Positions 1 through 11,906 of a DNA stretch of 64,000 bases are shown piece after piece (position 1 is the first letter of the stretch; each line of letters begins with the position of its first letter). The stretch lies in the NCBI GenBank assembly GCA_002633005.1, contig NMRA01000242.1, forward strand, positions 186,001 to 250,000, in the 5' to 3' direction. The notes under the pieces were generated by a model. The model saw nothing but the letters and a program-made list of their open reading frames with translations, had not been told where the DNA came from and made no database searches. Origin of the DNA: Phoronis australis (taxonomy: Eukaryota > Animalia > Phoronida). Position numbers and translations under genes: made by a program.

Positions 1-1090
1 CCTTTCCAACTTGGGGTGGGTGTTATAGCAATAAGCACTTAGTAGTTGACCAGCAGTCTCACAAGGCAGATTGGGTGGAAAAGCAAATCATTCCTTCAAA
101 GTCTTAAGTAATATCGCCATGAAAAAGTGAACAGATGGCTTTTGTATCATGAACATTTCCATTTTGAGTACCATCACAATATTCATCTGGGTTCAAAACC
201 AGTGAGTAGAAATTGAAAACCAATCACATTAAGCCATGTGTGGGAACTTTAAACTTCGAAACAAGTTGAATTCGGAATGGGCGTTACTCCGAAATATCAA
301 TCTCGTGTCAATGACCAAGAAGATACATAATACCTAAGTCAGTTATGTCACACGCAAGAATTACCGCAAAATTGTGAGTTAAAGCTCTGGGCGCTGAAAT
401 TGGGAAAGCCTAAGACAAGGGGGTGGGCGATTACCCAAGCAGTCGGTGCTTAACCCGAAAATTGGCATAAGTCTCGGGTGGACAACAACCTAAGCAGTGG
501 CCACTTATGTCCAAATTTTAGCCGAGCTGGCAAGCACGTGGGGCACAGAACTTGTAAGTTCAGTTAATCAGCAGAACCTGACAACCACATAGTTTCTCAC
601 GGTTCTAACAGAAACAAGAATACGACTTCGAACGAGTGATTTTACGAGCCCGTTGCTAAAAACTCAAATGTATGTATGTGTAGCAAAATGTCATAACGTG
701 GAACTTTATGAATCTCCAATGGCACTCCACTTACCATATCAGCAAGTGTTGTTTCAGATCAGTGAATGTGACTACATTTCGTACCCTCGATTAAAACACA
801 GAAAACTCGTTCCCGGCCAAAAACCCACTTTTCGAGACTATTATACATAAGCCCGGTTTCCCCCAAACACGGAAATCCGAGCCTGAGGCAAAGCTGCGAA
901 GAAAAGCACAAGTTCAAGCTCAAATTCTGTTAGTGGTAAGTTGGGGATGGGTGATTACCCAAAAAGCTGAAACTTAAACAAAGTGGGGGATGGGCGATTA
1001 ACCGAACAGCGGACGCTTACATCGAAATTTAGCAAAAGTCAGAGGTGGGCGATTACCCGGGCATGGGCGTTTACTCCCGAGTTTATGGTA
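1..1090. mobile_element. Degenerate TA-ended TIR element with many GGGYGRTTAMYC subterminal repeats; the left end is probably outside the window
   Basis: Motif copies near 278, 424, 947, 990, 1046 and 1064. The element ends GGGCGTTTACTCCCGAGTTTATGG|ta, similar in style to the 34736-36206 element. Confidence 0.55.
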
Positions 1091-4000
1091 TTTCTAAAAA
1101 CGATGTGTTACTTGAGAGTTCAAGGCATTTTTGGGATAGAACTTTGAAGTGGTAAAACAAACCTTCCTTCATAACACTGCATATCACAACCATGAATCCA
1201 ATTTTCCAAAAATGAGAATGAGAACAATAATGAGTTTGTTAGCTCCACAGACATGAGTGTCACTTAGGAATGTACCGAGCACCAGTTTGTCAAGTCCACC
1301 AACTGCAAGTTTCTTGTACAAACTTGTGCCATATCAACACTTTTCTGATGTCGTAGGTAAGTGAAGAGCCACAGCATGGTCAAATATTGAGTTGTCACAA
1401 CCACAACAAACACAACACCTTACTACTGCCATAAACCACAGGAAAAATGACTAGCAATATCTGATGACTTCACACAAAACACAATGGAGGATGACCAATG
1501 CTGTCATTGGTTGTCCTGATTCTACGTAACATGTATCAACCAATAAATACTCGGAACTCCAGACCAGCTAATGAACACATCGTCAGATAGTGTTTGTGAG
1601 CGTTCTAATTTGACAACTGATTGACTGCTGGGGTTGTTCTTTGGTGTTTTTGAAAAAAGCCTCAGATGTATTTTTGGTGTTTTTGACAAACCCTCAGCTG
1701 TATAAATTAAGGGTGGGCACCTAACAGGGGTTTTCAAATAAACAAGTAAAATTGTCTTCTTGTTTACTGTTGTTGAACATTTTAATAAAATAAAACTTAA
1801 GTGTTCAGTCACATTGTGTTGAAGAAACTTTACTGCATTTTACTGCATCAAATAACACCACAGGCATGGATCACAGGACACCAAGTGCTCTATACTGAGC
1901 AAAGCAGTTCATTGCACATAAATCAGGCCAAGTTTCACAATGACTCAAAACATTGAGGTTAGTGTTGATGAGGTATCCACTCAGGGCTTCATAAATATGC
2001 ATTGTCTCAAGTAAGCTCTTCTGACAAGGCATTCTGTAAGGGAGTAAGCAATTAATTCTTTATTTAGTAGGCCCCCATTACCAGGAGGGCACCAGCTGAA
2101 GGGTTGCTATCCGAGGCTACAAATTTGGAAGCTGTATCACAAAACTAGACCATCCAACTAAATGGGTCACAGAGTTTAAAGTAGCTCACTACCTTTTTGG
2201 CTATAAATCATCCTTGGTAAAGAGCAATAAATGTGTTCAGATCAAAATGACAAAGGTTACATTCTCCAGGACCTTGGTGTTACCATTAGTGTTAGGAGAA
2301 CAAATTCTAACAGCCATGGCGGCTCCTCTCAAAATAGGTACATTAATGTTATGTAGGACCTTGATAACTGTGTATATCGCCAAATATCTGCAAATCACAG
2401 ATTTTAACTCAGCACAAGTATCAAAAAGCCACTAGAACTTGATTTTTTACCAATCCCAATCATTAATTGGAACACGTGACCATGTAATTTTAGTAAAATT
2501 TAGGAAAAGATACATTGATAGAAACACACAGTATTAATTAAACATTACATTTTATGTAATACAAATGTTCAATTTTATGAGAACTACAAACACTGTCACA
2601 GTTTTCTAAAATATTTTTTTCATAAAAATCATTGAAATCCCATTTTTATTAGTCACTCATGCACAAGTGAAACATTCCAAAAACAAAGTCCATCAGCATT
2701 TTTGGAGAACAGTGCACACGTGAAAGTCTCAGTCTCAGTCTGCATTCAAGATATGTTCCAAAGTTAGCCACATATTTTTTCTAAGTCCTATGTAACCTTC
2801 CAACAGTGGGGGGCAACTCCTCTACAATGGGAAAAGTTAACTCCGCTCTGATGGAAGAAACCGCTAGAGGTCTCCACATGCAACACACATATTCAATCGT
2901 GAGCAGGATCATAAAAACGGAGTCATGAGTCATTGGTCATGTACATGAGAAATTTGGGAAACCCATTTCTGATGTCCTAATTTTAAAATGTTGAATGAAC
3001 CACTGTGTGCATCAGTATATAGCCTAACACTTTAAAACAACAGACTTATGTTTGCTTAAGCCACACATGACCAATGGTATATAGCAAAATTCGAAAAAGT
3101 TAAGATAACAATAACACAGTAAATTTTCCGTACACAGCTGTAAGAGTTTGCTGTACAGTGCAAACTCTCCTATAGACTCTGTTGAGAAGTGTCTGTAAAA
3201 CTACACACTAAATTAAAGAAATTCCATAGTATTCCTGAGTGATCAATGTTGATGTATGAAGCGACCACACCCAACATGAGCTTACTAACACTTGTGAACT
3301 AACTGTTCACCACAACTCCTGCAAGTCCCATCACTCAATGCAAGCAATTGCAGTTATCCTATGGGAATACTTCAGAAGGAATGCTCAAATGAAATCTGAC
3401 TAATGACCTTAAGAACTAATCAGTCTCTTCAACCCTTATTCTTTATAGTAGATCAAAGAATCCTTTACAACAATAGAACCCAAAAGACAATAGTTTTATC
3501 CGTTGTTGAACAGACCACAAAATTACTGCAGTCTCAAGGGGTTACAAAATAAAATCTCATGGACAAAGGCTAGTAACATTTTTCAGAATGCTTATTCTTT
3601 AAACCATCATATCATTGTACCTATGCAGTGGAAACTAATAAAGCATATCTGGTGAAACTATTGATAACAGACAACAGATTTGTAATTCTGATCAGTCATA
3701 AAAATTCATAGCGCAGACACCACTCAACACATTAGCAGTACGCAAGTACACCCCTTCATATCGCGGCCTTTGAAATCGCATTTGCTGCTCACTAGTCCAA
3801 CATGCACAGGTAGTAAGCAGGGACTTGTTGGGAACAAGAAATATTAAACATCACATGCGCACCGAACAGGTGGTCCAGAAGTTACAGTCTGTTCTCATAC
3901 ATATCTTGCACGAAATATGTGAAAATAGAATTTGAATTATGCACCATACTGTTTCTTAAATCGGTATGTTATTAACTTCTTATAATCTGCTGTTGTTGCC

Positions 4001-5535
4001 GACAGGGTCGCTTCTTATTACGGTGTTAATACAATGGACTAACATCCTTAACCGACCACAAAGAATTTTAGACGCAATGCGACAGGTGATTTAGACCACT
4101 CTTAATTTAGTACTGTACTAAGTTAGTACGCTTGAAAAGACTGGTCGGACTATTTTGCTTGACCGTCCTAAATTATCTCCCCACTTCACATAAGTGCGGA
4201 GTTCTTCCCACCATTTCGCACACTCTCTAAGTTGTTGCTATTTCTGTGTGCTCACTGTTTAATTTTAAATTCAAACATGTTTCAAAATAAGCACAGAATT
4301 GGCAATTGGTTGTAAGATCTGTATTGCTGTACAGCGCAGTAACATCTCATATTAAATACAATGAAGCATAAAGTTAGGATGGTGCAGTGTTTGTTCGGTA
4401 AAGTGGTACGGTGAGTTATCACACTGATCTACAATATGTTCCAACCGCGAACTAGTCTGGAATATTGCGAAAGCAGCTTGACTTCCTTATAATAATCTTG
4501 TCAAAACCATTTGCTCAGCAAGTTCAAAGTTCAAAGTTCAAAGTGACGCTTTTTTACCAACTGATGAACTGATACAAGATATCAAACTACATAGCACTTC
4601 CTTGAAATAGATGCCAATCTGGAAATGACTAGCGACACTGATATTTGAATTAGTGATTGGCCTCTGAGGAACAGACTATGTTCTGTGAACAAAAATATAG
4701 CATTCACAGGGGACGCACTAACTGAAAAGCCAATTTTTAAAAACCATGAAAAATCCAATGTCAACAAAGGAACATTAATTTATGTTAACATAGTCAAACT
4801 TAAATATGCATATCGCCCTGTTAAACAGGCTGAAAAAAAAACAAAACAAAAAATCCAATTAGGCTCTTATGAAATTGGTCCAATAGTATTCCTTACTGTG
4901 ATAGGATTCTATTTCCATAACCAACAAGAACAATGAAACCATCCATGACTCAAGAAATGCTTCAGGGGAGGGGTTATTAAGGTAGGATAACCTTAAGATT
5001 GGGAATATCAGAATGGCGCATGTACTCGTTGCCTGTGACTTGAGTTGCCGGCTCATTCGGCAATAATTCAAAATTTGATGAGCATCCTAAAGTTTTTAAA
5101 CTCCAAAGCAATTCGGTTAACAATTCAATGTTAACAGCTAAACACTGGAGCAAAATGCAGATTTGAGGATAAGACACAGAAAGATTGAAGAACATCCACT
5201 TCTTCATAATATGAGCTTTGACAATAAAGTATTATGACAAACACTGGATCAGCTAAAACCTGAGTAGGAAAAGCAGAAACACTAGAGTTTATGTGGAAAA
5301 CATTTCGGATTCCATGAAATAGTATCATGTGACATTAGGTTGAATAAAGCCTCTCCAAATAGCCTGCCAGTAGGCAATTCACCATTGGTTGATTGGTTTG
5401 GACCCTTAGCTCATATGCCAGAGATACTGGGAAACCCACAAAACCCTGAGATGTCTGTAAGTCTTGTATGTGGCAGATGATGAGAGCATCAGCTTGGTGG
5501 TGGTGAATCCAGAAAACAAGGAGAACGTTGCTGTT

Positions 5536-5615
5536 GGCTAATTCCAGGACACGGGCGAGTGTTATAGAGGGCAATTCCAGGACATGGGCGAGTGTTACAG
5601 ATGGCAATTCCAGGA
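5536..5615. repeat. Tandem repeat of about 33 bp, about 2.5 copies
   Basis: GGCAATTCCAGGACAYGGGCGAGTGTTAYAGA unit. Confidence 0.8.
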
Positions 5616-6718
5616 CACAGTCACAGGGAATGTTGATGCTCAGGGTAAATACTAGGACACTAGGGGTCGTTGATATCTGTACCCAGAAGCCACCAGTGTT
5701 TCATGAAATGGGAAGAAGTGTCATATGTCTTCAGTGTATAACTTACAATGGAATAAAGATTGGTCTGGCCACTGTCAGATGGACATAATGACACGTGGTG
5801 AGAAATCTCATCCAAGTTACACCTCCATTTGGTAAATCTAGCCTCACAAAAATAACAAGACAAGACTTGTGATTCAATTTCCCATAGCCAGCTTAATATC
5901 GAAAGTCACCAGTTGGGATAGACATACTAGTAGGCAATTGCAACGCCCTGTAGTGTGGGGCGATAGTACAACCCCATAAAAAGTTACTCGTACAGCGAAT
6001 AAAATCGAATGAAACTAGCATATATACACATGGAGTTACAATTAACTCGTACCATGACTCTGGAGACAATTTGGTCAACATAACTTGAACATATCCACAA
6101 AAAACTGTCATGGTTCGCTCAAGCTTCCGTCACCGGGTACCATTTTGAGGAAGTTATGTGAATTCATGCCTACTGACAAACAAAAAGTCCAAGGGACATA
6201 AATCTTACAAATTCTACGTGATATCTTCCCATGCTATTCTGTGCAAGTGTCATGCACCAGGTCATGTGCTTCGTTAAGTCTCCCGACTGTTCTTGCCTAA
6301 CTCAGGTGGTTATCGTGCGCAGTGAAAAAATTAACAGCGACCAAAAAAGTGGAGTTGCAATTCATCGCCAAAGTCATCTTAATTCCTGGAGACATGCTAT
6401 CAAAGATATGAATAGAACCAGAAAGGATTGCACACTTTTAAATGTAAATTGTATTTTTGACAAGGTAAAAAACCTCTTATTCGGTGAGCGACTTTAGCTT
6501 ACCACCCGTTTAAAATACACAGGATGAAATTAGTACAAAAAACGATGGGGAGTACTGTAGCTCCTACTTCCCTAGACAGCCAACCGAGGGGCTACGTGTT
6601 GCCTAGTATAGACAGTGCCACTGCCTCTACTTGGCAGTACAGATGGTTATGCTCCCATAAACCCTTCATATACGCAAGCTTTTCTGCAACTTATGCCTCA
6701 CACTGACTAAACCATCAG

Positions 6719-7322
6719 TCACGTTGCTAAAAGTTCATTCTTTTGACTTTTGTGCATAGAGGGACACCTTTGAAGGCCGTCGATGTCATCAATTTCTTCC
6801 AACTCAAACAAATACTCCTGGGTCGCGCTGTGTAAAAAGCTTCCAGGGTATGAAGGGCCTATGGGAACATCTGTCTACTGTCAGGAACAACAGGTCAGTT
6901 GACTTGATTAGCTAGCAACTGTCCAGTCTGGAGATATGTAGAATAAGGATGAAAACACAACACACAGTTTAACTTCAAAGTCAAGACGTTACTTACCGTA
7001 TTTAAGGCCATTGTGTCGAGACCTCCCTTGAATGGGTTCAGGACACGTTCCAGTTGGCTTAACAGATGTCAAAACTAATATAAATACAGTATCAATTTAA
7101 ACCCAACTTTTGATGAATCTGCCACTCTTGGGAATCAATTCCTTTCAGTTTATATACTACGAGCAAATAATATTTTCCACCAACGAACTACAGCACACGG
7201 CTTTGTCGAACGAAAACTTTGGATGAAACAGTCAATTATTTGCTTTCAGGCAACAGATGTGTTTGCGCCTGGGCCTTGTACGATCTCGAGGAAATACAAT
7301 CTAACATCGCCATCTTGAAAGT
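6719..7322 (-). other. Putative 5' end of a spliced minus-strand transcript (small ORF or lncRNA)
   Basis: YY1/initiator-like CAAGATGGCG at about 7308-7317. 78-nt exon 6997-7074 with strong donor G|GTAAGT. Phase-compatible downstream exon 6719-6870. No recognisable homology. Confidence 0.3.
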
Positions 7323-10199
7323 TGTGTCGAAGGGTGTGGCCAAATTTCGTGTTTTATGGATTCGCTGTTAAAAATAGTTCACAATATGTCGCCGACAAGT
7401 ACTCTACCCACACTTCAATAATTAGTGAATTGGAGATTTATATTTTGTGTGATACCATTTTTGTATTGCAATATGTTATATATTCCATAATAACACACTA
7501 TTATAAGAGTAGGAATATAACTTCTTTAAGGCGACACCTAACGACCACACCTTTGACCTAGTTTTAAAAAATCTGGTAATCAAAGCACCACCTTTTGGTA
7601 GTAAATATTTGTAAACTTAGCAAAGACGTCTACGTTTCTACTTTCTGTGGACTCAGTAGCGGTGTCTGAAATGTGAGCGTGCCCTGGATGATCTCAGTGA
7701 AACTGAAACGTACATTTTCGGATTCTTCTTATATCTGTTTCCATAGCACTTTAACAGCCAGAATGCAAGACTGTATTTGTTCACGGACCCCCTCTGGGTG
7801 GGCAGGTAGAGTCATCTTCAGTCGGCGTACTATTTTCCGTTGTTTATATTATTTGAATCACGTCGCGGTTCTTGGAGGAGCTCCCTAATGGCATCCGTGG
7901 CAACAACCCTTTTTCTGTTTCTCGTATTTATATTTTTTCTAAAGGGGATACTCGAGAGGGGCCCCTATGATTGAAAAATTGTCCTTATTTTTCCTGTTTT
8001 TGTGAAACCGTGCAACGATGAAATTAACTTTCACCCTTTTCCACTGATCGGAAATGATAATAGCCTTTCATACTAGAATATTTGAACAGCATGTCCGTCA
8101 GTATGAACTTTTCACGAAAGGAAGGAGAAAATTTAAACTGTTCGTGAAAACCACAGAATGTGTACATGCCAAACAGCAGCATCAAGACGCTGTGTCCAAA
8201 CAATTAAAAACGCGAGCTATAGTATTGGCCGAACAGAAAGATAGAAAGGTGTGTCCCTTATTTCATTTTCTTGTTGTGATTGCTCATCAATTCACGTAAC
8301 GAGATAAATGAGTGTACCAGTTTATGAACATTCAGTTGAGTGAATTTTGTACGTGCAGTTACTCTGGACGTCCGCCAATACTTGGCCTCTGCGTTTAGCA
8401 ACAGTGACTACTGCCCTTAAACCCCGTATGCATGGTCGGGTTTTCTAACACACTGGAGTTGGAACATGGCAGAGCCAAGTGAGATAAGACATACTGTGAA
8501 TTCGAATGCCTCAAAAAACTTACTCAGTAGATTTTAATTGTAATTAGATGGCCGGGGAACGCTCTCGTTATTTTTAACACGTAAAGCGCACATTCGAAAC
8601 TTGTATGGCTGAAACGTCAAAAGCGTATTTTGCGAAAGAGAAAAGTGAACGCAGCAAGACGGCATGCGTCGAGAAAGCTTCAAGAAAAAGTTTAGAACCA
8701 TGTGTCATCTCTCCATTATACCCGTAAACGCGGGTAATACACATCTCCTGTACAGTTGCTGACGGGTAAAAACAAATTGCATTTTGCGAAAGTATCAAAA
8801 CAAATAAAGACCAGGAGGGTGAAATTATGTCGGTTTTGTCTTCTGCAAAAAACAATTTTCCATACTCAGCTGCGTCATCCGTCTCAGGCAATTATGAGCC
8901 GAAAAAATATTTTGCGAGACTAAAGACGGAAGAAACACAAGTATCAGTGCATAGTTTACCCTTTGAGGGCCCTGGCCAGGACATTGTTGTCAGGGTTTCC
9001 GCTTTTGCAGCACAGGTCGTTTAAACGCATTGGAAAACGTGCACGTAATCATTCATAAATATATTTCGAAAAATCGAGAAAAATTGTAAAGCGAAGCTCT
9101 TGGGGAGCGTATTAATTTGCTGGATTTTTAAATTCATTGAGTCAATTTTGCGAATGCAAAACTATATTTTTCCAGAGGCCCCTCTCTGACAAGGGATAAC
9201 GGAGACAACTGTCGCTTTTTTCTCGAAATAGTATATCACTTGAGAAAACTCGATGACCTGGCAGATAATAACAAATGCTGCGCATTTACTGATTCTTTGA
9301 AAACATAGACATTGTCATATTTACAGGCCCCACGCTTGAAGGAGGCCATTGATGACATTCAAGTGGCCACCTTTTTTGTGTTCTTATCGACAAATTCTTA
9401 ATGGGCCGCTCACTGAGAGGGGGCCCGAAGTTACAATCGATTACCTCTATTTACTTGTTTTTGTGAAGTCGTGCAACCGGCTTTCATGTTGAAGAAAATC
9501 ACTTCCTACACCGTCTTTTGACCACACGACGTTGGAATGAACTACCACTCTTTTCCAAGCTTAATGATGTTTAGTCTTTCATCTTAAGGTGTCCCATTTC
9601 AGGCGGGACCCTCTCTGGCGGTGGAGCAGTTCGGGGGAAATGTTCCTTTGTCCCTCTATTCATGTAAATCCGACACTGCCAAGTATTCACGAGGAAAGTT
9701 GAGATTCCAAATTTATCGGAAAACACAAAAGATTCGTGCAGAGCACAGCAATATCAAAACCTTCGACCCAAACAACCAAAAAATGCGAAAAAAAATACAA
9801 TAGGATTGACCGCCACCGAAAGGGTGGAATTTTGAAGAACGTGAAGACCACTATTTGTGAATTACCCAAAAGGACTATTTCCGATGGTTAGTTACAAACT
9901 AATGTTACTGTTTCCCATAGTATCTCTTTTATAGCTGGCTACTATGAGTTGTTTGTAGGGAATTCCCATATGTGCAAAACACTGCTGGGCTACTATTTGT
10001 GATGACCGTGAACATGTCGAACGGGGGTACTCAAAGAACTCCCGCAATCATAAACAAAGATTTCGGTGTTTTTTTGTCAGTGGAGTTCGTGTTTATCTCT
10101 GAAATGAGCAAAAATACACCTTAATACGAATGTCCCATCTCCCATGTTCCCCGGTTACCCATCAAAAATCTGCAAACATGCATGCGGAAATTGCCTATA

Positions 10200-10972
10200 G
10201 CATTGCGTATGATAAACAAATTCGTTGTTTCTGATTAACATGTTTGTGTATCTACGAAAATCCATAGATTCATAGATGATGTTTGACAATAAGAAGCTAC
10301 GCTAAGCTACGCTTGTAAAAATTGCTGATGTTTCAGTTAATTTAGTTGCAGCCTGAAGTTGGAAAAACTCTATAATCCCATCCCCAAATAGTAGAATATA
10401 CTTAGACGATTTTTGCCTATCTAAAATAACTCTAAAAGACAGCGATGAAATTCGCACAATTCCCAAAAACATACTCACAATTCAAATGACAATAAATGCA
10501 TTGCTTTTCGACTTGCATCGGGTACAAGATTTGTCGTTTGAACTCACAAACAGGAGATCAAAAAGGAATTGAGTCATTAAATCACGGTAAACGCATTGCT
10601 AATGGAATCGATTGTTGATTTATGATTTACATGTTTGTGTATCTACCAATATCGACTGATTGTAGACGATTTTTTGACAATTAGAAGCGATCTTTTAAGA
10701 AATGACGATGCTTCAGTGAACTTAGTTGCATGCCGACACTGGGAAAATTCGATCTATCATCAGATCCCCAAATAGCGAAGTAAACTAAACTAAACTATTT
10801 CTGTCTGTCTGAAATAAGTTTCAAGGATATTGATAAATGTTGGACAGCTCTACAAAGTGTCTCAAAATATTCTCACAATTCAAATGACAATAAATTTCTT
10901 GTTGACTTAGGAATTATATTAGTGGTATAAATTCACAAACCGTAGATCGAAAAAAATTAAAATCCTTAAATG
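10200..10972. repeat. Old diverged tandem duplication, two units of about 390 bp
   Basis: Shared blocks in the same order: ACATGTTTGTGTATCTAC, TTAGTTGCA, ATCCCCAAATAG, CTCACAATTCAAATGACAATAAAT. Confidence 0.75.
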
Positions 10973-11799
10973 AATAAAATTAAACTTATTGCTTAGAAAG
11001 GTTGTCTTTGCACTTTCTTGGCGTTTTTAGTTTCCAGTTGTATTGTGCAATGAATTTTTGTTCTTCAAAACTGAATTGTTTGCTTGCCCTGATTCCTGGG
11101 CGTACGACACAGATGAAGCACGTCATGACTGACGCACCTCGTTAAAAATTTCAAACCGTGCAGTAGGCCCGCGCACGGGAATTGAACTCCAGGGATTGAA
11201 GTGTGTATATTTGTGGGACACACTCTATCATTTTCCCCAGCCACCAGAAACTAGACTACCGGTCGTGTTTCAACGAGGGATTTTGAAACAGCCCCAAAGG
11301 CACTGGGGACCTCGGGGCCTCATCTTTTCAAAAAACTCCTTCAAAGAATGACCATAATAAAATAAAAGTTTTCCCGAAACTGGATCACAATAAAACGAAT
11401 CTTGACCTGAGCCAGCGCAGACGGATAGGTATGAGCTGAGCTGCCTGTCTCAAGTGAATCATAGCTAAGCTGACCAGCAACTAGCATTAGTTCATCAGGA
11501 ATTTCGTTAGATCTCAGCTTATAGGCAGCTCCTCGGTACCCGTCAGTGCACTGGTCTTTTGTTGGTTCACAGCCGGACGTGGGAGATTCGGTACTAACGA
11601 TGGTGGCATCGGGAGCACGGGGGGGGGGGGGGGGNGATGGGAGAGGTTGTTGAAGAAGTCGAAATGGTTAATTTGTGCCCCCCAATAATTTTTGCATTCC
11701 TACGGGCCTGTAATGGGGAGTGCATTAAGACCATCGACATTTCCCACATTAAATTCACTGTGCCTTAGCAGCCCGGCCCGGCTGTAACGATAGATTTTT

Positions 11800-11906
11800 C
11801 TGAGCGACCACGAACTTTTCGTGGTAAGCATTAATCCTAAGTATTTATATGCATTTACAATATTAACACCATCCTTACTGAAAACAATTATATCAGTCTT
11901 TACCAT
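11800..11906 (-). mobile_element. LINE (CR1/L2-like) reverse-transcriptase C-terminal fragment
   Basis: KTDIIVFSKDG..IVNAYKYLGLMLTTKSSWS matches the KT..mvF/YKYLG..l...lsW motif of non-LTR RTs; internally deleted. Confidence 0.7.

Noticed and set aside
6130-6152. miR-36-like seed TCACCGGGTA
   Set aside because: No complementary arm for a pre-miRNA hairpin.
11619-11636. Poly-G tract as a G-quadruplex element
   Set aside because: It ends in an N at a probable contig join, so its length and context are unreliable.
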